A stretch of 64,000 nt of DNA, from the NCBI GenBank assembly GCA_963761335.1, contig CAVXGR010000021.1, positions 32,001-96,000 of the forward strand. Reading direction: 5' to 3'. A model generated the notes under the pieces. It saw only the letters and a program-made list of their open reading frames with translations, was not told where the DNA came from and made no database searches. Source of the stretch: an uncultured delta proteobacterium. Its GTDB lineage: Bacteria; Desulfobacterota; Binatia; HRBIN30; BPIQ01. This document shows, in pieces, positions 35,047 to 45,746 of this stretch. Numbering within the stretch: the first letter of the stretch is position 1; each line of letters starts with the position of its first letter. Made by a program: the position numbers and the translations under genes.

Positions 35047-36441
35047 TCAGGCGCGCTCGAGGAAACGCCGGCGCTCCCACGAGGTGACCACCTCGTCGAA
35101 CTTGCGCTGCTCGGTGCGCGCGAAGTGCAGCAGGTGCTCGACCACATCTTCGCCGAAGGCGCGGCGGAAGAGCTCGGCGGCCTCGAACTCGGCAATCGCT
35201 TCCGGGAGGCTGGTGGGCACCGTCGGCAACCCCTGGGCGGCGTAGACGTCGCCGCGGAACATCGGCGGTGGCTCGATCTTGTTCTCCAGCCCGTCCAGGC
35301 CCGCGGCCAGAGTCGCGGCGAAGGCCAGGTAGGGATTGGCGTCGGCGCCGGGAATGCGGCACTCGACGCGCTGCCCGGCGCCGCGGCCGACGATGCGAAA
35401 GCCGGCGGTGCGGTTGTCGAAGGACCAGGCGATCCCCGTCGGCGCGAAGGAGCCGGCGCGGAAGCGCTTGTAGGAGTTGACGTAGGGCGCGAACAGCAGC
35501 GTCGAGGCGCGCGCGTGCTTCATCAGGCCGCCGAGCCACCAGCGAAAGGTGTCGGGGAGCGGCGCTCCCTCGGCGGCCTCCGCCGGTGCCGCGAACAGCG
35601 AGCGGGCGCCGTCCGGCGACCACAGGCTCGAGTGCAGGTGCATGGAGCTGCCGGCGTGGCGCTCGTCGAGCTTGGCCATGAAGGTCACCGCCAGCCCTTG
35701 CTGAATGGCCACTTCCTTGGTGAGCTGCTTGTAGATCACGTGCCGATCGGCCATCTCCAGAAAGTCGGTGTAGCGCACGTTGATCTCGTGCTGCCCTGGT
35801 CCCCACTCGCCCTTGGAGAACTCCACCGGCACACCCGAGGCGTCCAGGTGGTTGCGGATGGCGCCCACCAGCGGCTCCTCCTTGAATCCCTGGAGCGTGT
35901 GGTAGTCCTCGATGTACCAGCCGAAGAGATCCAGGTTGTCGAAGCCCTTGCGCTGCGCCGACTCGTAGGTCTCGCGCAGGATGAAGAACTCGAGCTCGGA
36001 GCCGCACATCGGTCGCAACCCTTTCGCCGCGAAGCGCTCCAGCTGCCGCTTCAGGACGGTGCGCGGCGCCACCTCGACGAGCACGTCGCGCTCGGCGTCG
36101 TAGACGTCGCACAGCACCAGGGCCGTGCGCTCGAGCCAGCTGGCGCGGCGCAGCGTCGACATGTCGGGGACGCAGTGCACGTCGCCGTATCCGTCCGCCC
36201 ACGAGGCGAAGCGATATCCGGGCACCGGATCCATCTCCATGTCGCAGGCGAGGAGATAGTCGCAGCAGTGCATGCCGTGGGCGATGACGTCGTCGCAGAA
36301 GAAATACCCGGTGATGCGCTTGCCGACCAGCCGCCCGTAGAGATCCGGAAAGACGGTCACCACCGTGTCGATCTCGCCGCGCGCCACCAGGTCGCGCAGC
36401 TCCGACTCCTGCATCATGCCCCGCGGGCGCGTCTCCGGCAT
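35047..36441 (-). CDS. Glutamine synthetase family gamma-glutamyl-amine ligase (GlnA4/PuuA-like)
   Basis: DLYGRLVGKR, ELEFF, GEWGPGQHE, TFMAK, HLHSS, NSYKR, DNRT, ECRIPGADANPY. Confidence 0.9.
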   Translation of the reverse strand: MPETRPRGMMQESELRDLVARGEIDTVVTVFPDLYGRLVGKRITGYFFCDDVIAHGMHCCDYLLACDMEMDPVPGYRFASWADGYGDVHCVPDMSTLRRASWLERTALVLCDVYDAERDVLVEVAPRTVLKRQLERFAAKGLRPMCGSELEFFILRETYESAQRKGFDNLDLFGWYIEDYHTLQGFKEEPLVGAIRNHLDASGVPVEFSKGEWGPGQHEINVRYTDFLEMADRHVIYKQLTKEVAIQQGLAVTFMAKLDERHAGSSMHLHSSLWSPDGARSLFAAPAEAAEGAPLPDTFRWWLGGLMKHARASTLLFAPYVNSYKRFRAGSFAPTGIAWSFDNRTAGFRIVGRGAGQRVECRIPGADANPYLAFAATLAAGLDGLENKIEPPPMFRGDVYAAQGLPTVPTSLPEAIAEFEAAELFRRAFGEDVVEHLLHFARTEQRKFDEVVTSWERRRFLERA

Positions 36442-36557
36442 GGAGAGGACGTCTAGCACGCGGCGGAAGGAAAGAAGCCGCTGCGCTCCTACGCCCCCGG
36501 CTATCTCCCCTCGATCAACGAGGCCGTGGCGTGCGCCGCCGGCAGGCCGCTCGCCGG

Positions 36558-36947
36558 TCACCACACGCAACCGGGCGCGTGACCCCGGATCGCCCGGTCG
36601 CAGGTGACGATGGGCACCTCGAGACGGCGCGCCTGCACGATGAGCATGCGATCGAACGGGTCGTCATGCGGTATCGGCAGCAGCCCTGCGGCGACGGCAT
36701 CCGCCGGCTCGATGACCACGGTCGAAAAGCCCCAAGTCGCGTGCAGCTCCTCGTACCGGCCCAGGTACTCCTCGACGCCGGCGAGTCGCCCGCGGCGCTT
36801 CTTGATAGCGATCTCCCAGAGACACGCGACCGACACGAGAATGCGGTTGTGCCGATTGCCGATCACGCGCCGCGCGCCGCGGCCGAGCTCGGGGGCATCC
36901 GCCATCCACCAGAGCAGCGCGCAGGTGTCGAGCAGGTAGGCCTTCAT
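36558..36947 (-). CDS. vapC: VapC PIN-domain toxin
   Basis: LLDTCALLWW, WEIAIK, HDDPFDRMLIVQA. Confidence 0.92.
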   Translation of the reverse strand: MKAYLLDTCALLWWMADAPELGRGARRVIGNRHNRILVSVACLWEIAIKKRRGRLAGVEEYLGRYEELHATWGFSTVVIEPADAVAAGLLPIPHDDPFDRMLIVQARRLEVPIVTCDRAIRGHAPGCVW

Positions 36948-37165
36948 CCCCAGCCGGAATCATCCGCTCCGACGGCTCCAAGGACATCGCCTGAGATCTG
37001 ACCGCGAAAAGCCCCGGGGGCGCGCTCCTTCCCCTCGACCAGCGGAACGAGCCGGGCATACGGCTTGCCGGCCTTCGCGATGATCACCTCTTCTCCCTTG
37101 TGCGCGCGCTCGAGCAATTCGGAAAAATGCGTCTTGGCCTCGTGTACGTTCGCCCGAATGGTCAT
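36944..37165 (-). CDS. Phd/YefM antitoxin
   Basis: NVHEAKTHFSELLE...GEEVIIAKAGKPYARLVP; 4-bp overlap with the toxin gene. Confidence 0.92.
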   Translation of the reverse strand: MTIRANVHEAKTHFSELLERAHKGEEVIIAKAGKPYARLVPLVEGKERAPGAFRGQISGDVLGAVGADDSGWG

Positions 37166-37260
37166 ATCGCAGGCATAGCCCAGTAAGTGGACTAACTCAA
37201 CGGCGACGCCCCGAAGCCGATGCGAAAAGCGCGGGCGCCGCATGGCATCGCCGCGTCGCG

Positions 37261-39255
37261 TTGAATCGCGACCTCGCGCGCGCTATGCGGCCCTTCGGTA
37301 TGCTGGGGGTTCGAGAGGTAGCGGTGCGAATTGGCGAGCGCCGCTTCGATTTGCTTCTGGCCTCGTCGTTTCTGCTCATGGCGATCCTGCTGGCCGCTCC
37401 CGGCGTCGATCGCTACGGCCTGACCTGGGACGAGCCCACCTACTTTCACTACGCCGGGCTGCAGAGGGAGTGGTGCGGCCAGGTGGCCGCCGGGATTCTC
37501 CATCCGCAGCAGCTCGGATCGCTCTTCTCCCGCCAGAGGATCGCGGAGGTCTGGCTGCAGGACAGGGCTCGCAACGGCCATCCGCCGCTGAACGAGCTCT
37601 GGATGGCATTGGCGGGAGCCCCTTTTCGCTGGGCCGGGGCCGCCGATCTGACCGCCGACCGCGCCAGCATCACGCTGCTCCTGGGGATCACGGCGTTCCT
37701 TCTCTTCCTGCTGCTTCGCTTGAGCCTCTCGCGCCTGGCGTCGGCCGCCGGCGTCCTCTGCTATCTCGGGGTCCCGGCGATCTGGGCGCACGCGCATCTC
37801 GGCGCCACGGAGACGATGCAGTGCCTGTTCTGGGTCCTGCTCGCCGGTCTCCTCCCGTGGACGCTTGGCGGCGAAGAGCGGCGGCTCTGGGTCTGGCTCC
37901 TGGTCTCGGCCCTCGCCTTCATGGCCAAGTTCACCAATCTCCTGATTCCCGTCTGGGTTCTGGGAACCGCCGCGCTGCTCGGTGAGGTGCGCCGCCGCCG
38001 CTTCTGGGTGGCGGTGTTTTCGTCTCTCGTGGCGGCGCCTCTCCTCCTCGTCATTCTCGATCCCTACTTCTGGCCGTGGCAGGGAGGGTGGGGGCGCTTC
38101 GTCGACTATCTCCGGCAGGCGACGAGCCGCTCGAGCTGGATGCCGATCAACGTCTTCTATCTGGGCAGAGGCTGGGGATTCCACGCCCCCTGGCACTACC
38201 GGATTGTGGAGACAGCCGCGGCGCTGCCCTTGCCCTTTCTCGTCCTCATGATTCCCGGCCTCGCGTTTGCCGCGAGGGCGCTGTGGATCGGGCTCGGGAT
38301 CGCCTGGCTCGGCCGGGAGCCGCGGCGAGCTGGCGAAGCAGAGCCTCCTGCCAGCTCGGCCTCTCTGCCGTTCTGGCCGCAGATCCTGGGGCTCACCGGA
38401 TTCGTCTACGCCTTGGTGGTCGGGCTTCTGCCGAGCACGCCGAATCACGATGGGACCAGACAGTTCGTCTATATCTTCGTCCCGGCCGCGATGCTGGCGG
38501 CGACCGGGGCGCACGGCTGCCTGGAGTACGTGAGCCGAGTTGCCCAGGGGGCCTGGCGGCAGTGGACGTTGGGCTTGGCCTCCGCCGCTGTTCTTTTTGC
38601 CGCGGTCGCATCGTTCGCCATCTCGTTGGCGGTCGAGCCCTGGGGGCTCTCCTATCACAGCGAGTGGATCGGCGGGCCTCGCGGAGCCTGGGCGCGGGGA
38701 CTCGAGCTCACCTACTGGATGGAGACCATCAGTCCCAAGATGCTGGATCGGGTGGCGCAGCTCTCCCGCGAGAAAGGGAGGCTGCTCTCGATCCATGTCA
38801 TTCCGAAGGCCGACTACTTCCGGGACGCGGCGCCTTGGGGGCGGGCGCTTCTCTCGCATCCGCAGTCAGAACCCTGGCCGGCGGCGACGGACGACCTCTC
38901 GGCCTTCGCCGATCCCTCCGTGCCCCCCGCAGCGCGCCGGCAGATGGGAGCGTATCTCGACCTCTGCTTCGCGCGACCGCCCGACGCGATTCTCGTCTCG
39001 TACCGCCGGAGCTCGGTGGGCGCCGACTTCTGGGAGCTTCTCGACCTGCTTTCACAGCGCGGAGAGCTGGAGCTCCTCGACGAGACCCGCGTCTGTGGCG
39101 TGCCGCTGGCGCGGCTCTACGGCGTTCCGCACCTGGAGGAGGGGAGCATTCCCGGCGATCCTCAGGATCGCGTCTGGTACCAGATCCCGACCGTCGCCGC
39201 GTTACTCAAGAGGCAGGAGGAAGGGAGGCGCGGGACCGCTGAAGGGCTTCTATAG
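37261..39255 (+). CDS. GT-C fold membrane glycosyltransferase (ArnT/PMT, GT39-like)
   Basis: GLTWDEP, GHPPL, many TM helices, HDGTRQF, ELTYW; start uncertain. Confidence 0.75.
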   Translation: MNRDLARAMRPFGMLGVREVAVRIGERRFDLLLASSFLLMAILLAAPGVDRYGLTWDEPTYFHYAGLQREWCGQVAAGILHPQQLGSLFSRQRIAEVWLQDRARNGHPPLNELWMALAGAPFRWAGAADLTADRASITLLLGITAFLLFLLLRLSLSRLASAAGVLCYLGVPAIWAHAHLGATETMQCLFWVLLAGLLPWTLGGEERRLWVWLLVSALAFMAKFTNLLIPVWVLGTAALLGEVRRRRFWVAVFSSLVAAPLLLVILDPYFWPWQGGWGRFVDYLRQATSRSSWMPINVFYLGRGWGFHAPWHYRIVETAAALPLPFLVLMIPGLAFAARALWIGLGIAWLGREPRRAGEAEPPASSASLPFWPQILGLTGFVYALVVGLLPSTPNHDGTRQFVYIFVPAAMLAATGAHGCLEYVSRVAQGAWRQWTLGLASAAVLFAAVASFAISLAVEPWGLSYHSEWIGGPRGAWARGLELTYWMETISPKMLDRVAQLSREKGRLLSIHVIPKADYFRDAAPWGRALLSHPQSEPWPAATDDLSAFADPSVPPAARRQMGAYLDLCFARPPDAILVSYRRSSVGADFWELLDLLSQRGELELLDETRVCGVPLARLYGVPHLEEGSIPGDPQDRVWYQIPTVAALLKRQEEGRRGTAEGLL

Positions 39256-39378
39256 AGCCCCCGAGAAACTGAGCTACTCGGGTGGCGCTCGACGGGGGAT
39301 CGGCCGACAGGTCGGCGCTGTTCCGTTTGCGCACCCGTGACGCTAGCCGGGGGTTTCAGAGGCTGTCCCAAACCTAGT

Positions 39379-39428
39379 GTAGAAGCGCCGTCCCGGCGCT
39401 TTCCGAAGCGGCGAGACGGCGCTTCTAC
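39379..39428. repeat. 50-bp GTAG...CTAC REP doublet (second copy)
   Basis: GTAGAAGCGCCGTCCCGGCGCTTTCCGAAGCGGCGAGACGGCGCTTCTAC. Confidence 0.85.
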
Positions 39429-42400
39429 TGGGCGCGAGGGAGGGCCTGGTAGTCGGCGTTGAACTCGCCGCGCTGGAAGTATTCCCGGTAGGCGCGCGCG
39501 ACGTTGCTGAGGCCCATGCTGCCGTCCGCCCTCCGTTCGAAGAGCGTGCGGCCGGAGTAGTAGTGGAAGTGCATGTCGAACTGGTCGAACAGGCGGAAGA
39601 AGTCGTTCATCAGAGTCGACTGCGCGAGCTGGTCGTCGGTCGAGCTGTCAAAGCCGCCGAACTCACCGCAGTGCATTGCGGTGCCGTGCTCGATGGCGAA
39701 CTTGAATGCCTCTCGCCACTGGCGGCAGATGTGGCTGATGTCCTCCTCTTCCGTGGGCCAGCGATCGGTAGGCTCGAGGAGCCGGAAATTGTAGTCGTGA
39801 AAGCTGTATGCGGTCAGAGGATCTCCTGTCGGCTCGATGAGCTTGATTTGTTGGATGGCGCCCCAGGCTTCGCAGGGTTCGATGTAGAGCAGGTGCACCG
39901 GGTCGGTGGCGCGGATGCGCGCCGTCAGCGCTTTCATGGCCTCGTTGTAGGCCGCGTGCGGGTGGTCGAACGGCTCGTTGACGAGGTCGTAGGCGACCTC
40001 GAAAAAGGGGCGACCGTGCAGCTGCTGCGCGATGTTCTCCAGGTGCTGGCTCATCTGTTCCATGAACGCCGATGGCGCCACGAATTCGCGGGGTTTGGAG
40101 GGTTCGTCGTTGTTGTTATGTATTGAGACCGCGTCGTTGCAGTAGTCCGCCAGGATCTGAGTGGGTGCGCGGATCGTTCGGAAACTGCGGGTTCGCTCGC
40201 TGCGAAATCGTGCTGAGGGCGATAGCTGTTGCAGCGGTGTGAGCAGCTTACTTCGCGCTGGTTGCGCGCACGCCGGTGTCGGAGGGGCGAACATCCAGGA
40301 GGTGAACCCCGCCAGGCGCGGGAACGGTTCGATTGGATAGGAATAGGTAATGCGATCGCTCTTCAACGCCGATAGGGCGCAGCAGCCGCCGTCCTGGATG
40401 ATCGGTGGGCTGCCGGCGAACTCCAGTCCTCTGAACTGGCGGTCCATGGCGTAGGAGCCGAAGGCGGGCATCGGCGCGATCTCAGAGGTGTCGTGCCCCA
40501 CTCATCTTCGAGCACCAGATAATCGTAAACGATCGTGTGCTCGCGGATCGGTGCTGAAGGCAGCTGGGTGATGCTGAATGGAAAGCAAACGATGCTCCCC
40601 GCTTCGGGTGCGGGTCAGCTCCAGATAATGGACGGGTACGGCCAGCGCCGCTCGTCGCCAGAACGAAACCGCGGCGCGGAACTCTGGGGAGTCTGGAGCC
40701 GGCAGCTGTTCCAGCAGGGCGAACCATGACCACCGCGAATGAGCGCGGCTGAACGCGACGCGAACCACTTTGCCACGTGGCGATGCTCAACGGCTGATGC
40801 TCGAAAACCAGCATGCTGGACGAGCCGCGGGATTCTTTTCCGAGGGGCTGAACCACAAAAGGGCCAGTTCGCCGCGAGCTTCCCGTCGCGCTGCAGATCG
40901 TGCCTGATTGGCCTCGGGGTGCCTGACTGAACCTGTGTGCCATCGGGCAGCAGGAGGCGCTCGGGCCGGGGCGTCTCCGTCCGCCCAGCCTTGAATCTCC
41001 AGCAAGGCGCTGTCGGCGGTCACCACGACTGCCGGAGAAAGCGGTGTCGCCAGAACCTGGCGGTCGGCGCATCATCGGGCTTCTGCGCTCCGAGATCGAG
41101 GCAGTCGAGGCGGACGCTTCCGACGATGCCGGGGCGAGCGCCTCGGGCGGTGACTTTGAACGCGAGCACGTTGTCCGCGCCCGGCATGATCTCGGCACCT
41201 ATTGCGTAGCTTCGAACGCCGGGCTTGGTGCCGGAGCCCACCAGGTGATCGTTGATCCAACCTTGTCGCTGTCGTTGACTGCGAAGCGGAGGGTGATCTC
41301 GTGGCCTTGCCATTCACCAGGGACGTGGATCCGAGTGCGATACCAAGCCGTCCCTCGATACCCCGGAAACGACTGTCCGAGTCCCAGGCCTTGGGGACGG
41401 TAATTTTCGGCCACTGATTCTCAATGTTATAGCCGACGGTCTGGCGCTTTTCGGTTTCGCCCGTATCCGTCGGATCCGTCGCGAATCGCCAATCTCCATC
41501 GGCTTTGATCATTGCGGGTCCGGTGACCGGATTGACACGTAGGCCCCACGCCCCGAGCTGACTGTCCACCAGATCGGGATCCGGCAGCCAGCCGAGCCGG
41601 TCGTAACGGCTTTCGTTCAAGAGGTTCAATGGATGTCCCCAGGCCCGCCTCAGCGCGGCCCGACGCGCGGACAGGCGCTCACCCAACCGCCGCAGCTCGC
41701 CGAGGTCGGTCTGGCGTAACAGCTCTCGCCGCGTCGGTAGAGGGGCAGTGGCCGATGCGTCGATGAGCGGCGCAGCCAAGGTCAGCGCCTTCAACTCGTC
41801 CAGGAGGAGCTGTTTCAGGCTGAGAACTTCGGTCGCGCTCGCGGCGAGCTGGACTTGATGGGCAAGTGCTGACACCTCGTCCGGCGGCGGCGAATCCTGA
41901 TTGCCGAGCAGTCCGTCCACGCGAGTGGAAAGGCTCAGCAGGCGCCGATAGAGCCCGCCCGCTTCCGATATGATCGTTGGATCCGCGTTGGCGGCGCGCC
42001 CCCAGCCGTGGGCGCTCCCTTCATGGATGACGATGCCCTTGTGCGCCAGCAATCCGAGTCGCCACAGCGTATCGTTTGACTGAGACACGGTGCGTGCAGC
42101 CAATGCCTGCGCGGCCAATGCCGGAAAGTCGGCCGTTGAGACAAATGGTTTGCCGATCGCGACCGCTGCGGGGTGAAGGGCGGAAGTCCTTTTCGAGGGC
42201 CACGACTCGAGGGGCCAAGCGGAGGCAGGTGATACCTCGGCCGCGACTTCGCGGGCGACAACCACAGCTGTTGAGGATGGTGGTGGCGAAATCATGACCT
42301 GCCAGTGCTCGTCTGTCTGCAGCCGTTCCGTTCCGCTTTCGTATTGAGCAACGCCGTCGAGCGCGAAACCGGCTCGAGGCGCGCTCACCACGAGAACGTG

Positions 42401-42793
42401 GCTCCCCTGCGGCAGATACGGGGTCAGGTCGATCTCGAAAGCGCGATCCGGCTGGGAGTCCTCGCCCTCTGGAGGATGGAACTGAAAGACGGGATGCGCG
42501 TCGACGAAGACGTACAGGTAACCGGAGCTGCGTGCTTCGGTCACCGCGTATTTCAAGTCCTCCTTGACCTGGATCAGGCTGCGATACGCGAAGGGCGACT
42601 CTTTGACGTCGAACCAGTAGAGGGGAACGGGCTCGTAAGCGCGCTCCTGTCCGGGCGGAAATGACGGCGTGATCCAGAAGGCGGCGCGAGCCGAGGGGAC
42701 GGCTGAGCCGCACAACCAACACCAAGCCAGGACAACGGTGACATAAATGTCGGGCCGGCGGCAGGCGCGACCCGCGGAGCGATTGCGGGTCAT
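39425..42793 (-). pseudogene. Large secreted glycoside hydrolase (sugar-binding domains plus GH5-like catalytic domain) broken by several frameshifts
   Basis: Signal peptide; GH2-like sugar-binding motif (DGDWRFATDP...VPKAW / GYRGTAWYRT / WINDHLVG) split across three frames; C-terminal YDLVNEP, YSFHDY, CGEFG. Confidence 0.72.
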
Positions 42794-42811
42794 GAGACCG
42801 ACACCAGTGGC

Positions 42812-44311
42812 CTATCGCCGCTTCGAGCTTCCCAGTATCCCCCCAAGCAGGCCTCGCAGGATCTGCCGGCCCACCTGGCTGCCGATCGTGCGCGCCGCCT
42901 GCTTGGCCATGGTCTCGACCATCCCCTGGCGGCGGCCCGTGCCCCACAGCATGTCGGCCAGCGGACCCCGCGCATCCGTCGTTTTGCTCGTCCGATCCGC
43001 TCCGGCCGCCGGAGACTCGTTGTCCGCTGCAACCTTCTCTTCGGCGCGCTTCGTCAGGATCTCGCAGGCGGACTCGCGGTTCACGGCGACGTCGTACTTG
43101 CCACCGACGGGGCTTCGCGCCCGCACCGCCGCGCGTTCCTCTGCAGTGATCGCCCCCATGCGGCAGCGCGGGGGGCAGATGAGGGTGCGCTCGACGGGCA
43201 TCGGGACGCCCTTTTCCTGGAGTGTGGACACGAGCGCCTCGCCGACGCCTAGCTGGGAGATGCTCTTGGCGACGTCGAGCCCCGGTTTGGGGACGAAGGT
43301 CTCAGCCGCGGTCCGTACCGCCTTCTGATCTCGCGGGGTGTAGGCGCGCAGGGCGTGTTGAATGCGGTTTCCGAGCTGGCCGAGAATCTCGCCCGGCACG
43401 TCGTCGGGGAACTGCGAGCAGAAGTACACGCCCACGCCCTTGGAGCGGATGATCCGCACCACCTGCTCGACGCGCTGGCGAAGGGCCGGCGGGGCGTCGT
43501 CGAAGAGGAGGTGGGCCTCGTCGAACACGAGCACGAGCTTCGGCCGGTCGAGGTCGCCGACTTCGGGTAGCTGCTCGAACAGCTCCGAGAGCAGCCACAG
43601 GAGGAAGCTCGAGTAGAGGCGCGGCTTGAGGATGAGCTTGTCCGCGGCGAGAATGCTGATCACGCCCAGGCCGCTGAGGTCGGTGCGCATCAGATCCCCG
43701 AGCTCGAGCGCCGGCTCGCCGAAGAAGCCCGCGCCGCCCTCGCGCTCCAGGGCCAGGAGGGCCCGCTGAATGGCGGCCACCGACTGCGAGGCGACGAGCC
43801 CGTAGTGTGCCGAGATGTCCTTGAGGTGCTCGGAGACGAGCCCGAGGAGGGCGCGCAGGTCATCGAGGTCGAGGAGGAGCAGCCCCTGGTCGTCGGCTAC
43901 CTTGAACGCGACTTCGAGCACGCCCGTCTGCGTGTCGTTGAGCTCCAGCATGCGGCCGAGAAGGGTGGGGCCGATCTCGCTGATCGTGACTCGGAGCGGG
44001 TGGCCCGCCTGTCCGTACAGGTCCCAGAACAGGACCGGGCTGGCGCCGGGCGCGTAGCCCTCGATGCCGATCTCGGCGAGCCGCTGCGCGATCTTCTCGT
44101 TCGGCGTGCCGGGGTAGGCCAGCCCCGCCACGTCCCCCTTCACGTCCGCCATCACCACCGGGACCCCGAGCCGCGAGAAGCCCTCGGCCAGCACCAGGAG
44201 CGAGATGGTCTTGCCCGTTCCGGTGGCGCCGGCCACGAGGCCGTGCCGGTTGCCGTACGGGGCGAGCAGATAGACGGGCTGGTCGCCCTTGCCGATCAGT
44301 ATGCGGTCCAC
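42812..44311 (-). CDS. DUF853 / YjgR family HerA-like ATPase
   Basis: NRHGLVAGATGTGKT, DVKGD, FDEAHLLF, IRSKGVG, QHALRAYTP. Confidence 0.92.
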   Translation of the reverse strand: MDRILIGKGDQPVYLLAPYGNRHGLVAGATGTGKTISLLVLAEGFSRLGVPVVMADVKGDVAGLAYPGTPNEKIAQRLAEIGIEGYAPGASPVLFWDLYGQAGHPLRVTISEIGPTLLGRMLELNDTQTGVLEVAFKVADDQGLLLLDLDDLRALLGLVSEHLKDISAHYGLVASQSVAAIQRALLALEREGGAGFFGEPALELGDLMRTDLSGLGVISILAADKLILKPRLYSSFLLWLLSELFEQLPEVGDLDRPKLVLVFDEAHLLFDDAPPALRQRVEQVVRIIRSKGVGVYFCSQFPDDVPGEILGQLGNRIQHALRAYTPRDQKAVRTAAETFVPKPGLDVAKSISQLGVGEALVSTLQEKGVPMPVERTLICPPRCRMGAITAEERAAVRARSPVGGKYDVAVNRESACEILTKRAEEKVAADNESPAAGADRTSKTTDARGPLADMLWGTGRRQGMVETMAKQAARTIGSQVGRQILRGLLGGILGSSKRR

Positions 44312-44576
44312 GCGGGGGCTCCTGTGTATGGGTCAGCCACCTTATCGGGTCGGGCCCGCGGCGTCGTCAATAGTTCCACCGTCTACGCGTCTGTCACGAT
44401 GCGATGCAGGTGCGGACATGTCAAATCGATTCCTTCGCACTGGAGGGTCAGCGTTGTATGATGCCGCCGAGCGAGTGGGGTGATGAAAGGCTGGGTTGGA
44501 AGCGTGCCGAGCGAGACTGTCGGGTTCCTGACCTCGGACGAGGTCTGGCGATTCCTGCCGCTCATCGATTGACGCC

Positions 44577-45353
44577 ATGCGCTGGCGTGCCATTGCGCTG
44601 CCGCCCGAGCACGGCAGCTGGGGTCTCGTATTGGAGCCCATCGCCTTGGGCCTGCTGGTGGCGCCCTCTCTGGCCGGGCTCTTCTGCGGGCTGAGCGCGT
44701 TCGCGGCATTCCTGATGCGGCGTCCCTTCAAGGTCGCGTGGACACAGAGGAAGCGCCCCGCTGATCCGCGGGTGCGGGCGGCGGCGCTCGTGCTCGTGTC
44801 TTACGGGGCTGTGTTTCTGGCGGCGTTCGCGATCACCTTCGCGATCGCCGGCTGGCGGCCGCTCCTGCCGCTGGTTATCGTCTCCCCTCTGCTGCTCGTC
44901 TTTCTGGCGTATGATCTGGAGAATCAAAGTCGAGCCGGTCCTGCCGAGCTCGCCGGCGCCGTCGTCTTCTCCGCGGTTCCTGCTGGGATCGCGCTTGCGG
45001 CAGGCTGGCCCTGGGCTCCGGCAGCCGCCCTCGGCGCGGTGCTGATCGCGCGCGCCATACCGTCGATCCTGTACGTGCGAAGTCGGATTCGGCTCGACCG
45101 CGGCCGAAAGTCTGGTCGTTGGACGACGATGGCTGCGCACGGGGCCGCGCTCGCGGCCGTTGTCGCCCTCGCCTGGGCGGAGCTTCTACCCGCTCTCTCA
45201 CTTCTGGCGCTTGTCGCGATGCTCCTCCGCGCCGGCGTCGGCCTGTCGGAACGACGACCAGCGCAATCGATGCGCTCGGTCGGCTTGACCGAGATGGCGC
45301 TGGGGATCCTGACTCTCGTGGCCGTGTCGGTCGGCTATTGGACTGGGGTGTGA
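44577..45353 (+). CDS. YwiC-like membrane protein
   Basis: PPEHGSWG motif, multiple TM helices, ILYVR, VGLTE. Confidence 0.82.
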   Translation: MRWRAIALPPEHGSWGLVLEPIALGLLVAPSLAGLFCGLSAFAAFLMRRPFKVAWTQRKRPADPRVRAAALVLVSYGAVFLAAFAITFAIAGWRPLLPLVIVSPLLLVFLAYDLENQSRAGPAELAGAVVFSAVPAGIALAAGWPWAPAAALGAVLIARAIPSILYVRSRIRLDRGRKSGRWTTMAAHGAALAAVVALAWAELLPALSLLALVAMLLRAGVGLSERRPAQSMRSVGLTEMALGILTLVAVSVGYWTGV

Positions 45354-45423
45354 TTCGGAGTCAGGTGCCGCGCCCACGCGCGGTTGATGTCCCGTAAGTG
45401 ATCTGGTCGGACTCGGCGATCAG

Positions 45424-45744
45424 TCACTCCCCGTACATCTCCGTGATCACTCGGCGTAGCGTTGCCGCTTCGTTCCTGCTTAGCGAGCCGATCTTGTCGC
45501 CGAGCCGCTTCTTGCTCACCGTACGGATCTGGTCGACAGCAATCTCCGCCGGCCGACCGGCACATCGCACCTGGACTCGCGACCGCCATGCCGGATGCAG
45601 CTGAGTGGTCAGCGGACAGATCGTCACGGTTTCCAAGTGACGGTTCAGGATGTCCATGCTGACGATGACGGCGGGGCGGGTCTTGGCCATCTCGGCGCCG
45701 TGCGTCGGGTCGAGAGTAATCCAACGAATTTCGTAGCGCTTCAT
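45424..45744 (-). CDS. mazF: MazF/PemK endoribonuclease toxin
   Basis: LDPTHGAEMAKTRPAVIVS, CPLTT, DQIRTVSKKRL. Confidence 0.93.
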   Translation of the reverse strand: MKRYEIRWITLDPTHGAEMAKTRPAVIVSMDILNRHLETVTICPLTTQLHPAWRSRVQVRCAGRPAEIAVDQIRTVSKKRLGDKIGSLSRNEAATLRRVITEMYGE

Positions 45745-45746
45745 CG

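Noticed and set aside
39355..39378. IS terminal repeat-like GAGGCTGTCCCAAA
   Set aside because: No partner inverted repeat or transposase found in the window
44483..44572. 29-codon ORF upstream of the YwiC-like gene as a leader peptide
   Set aside because: No regulatory codon run or attenuator structure; unsupported
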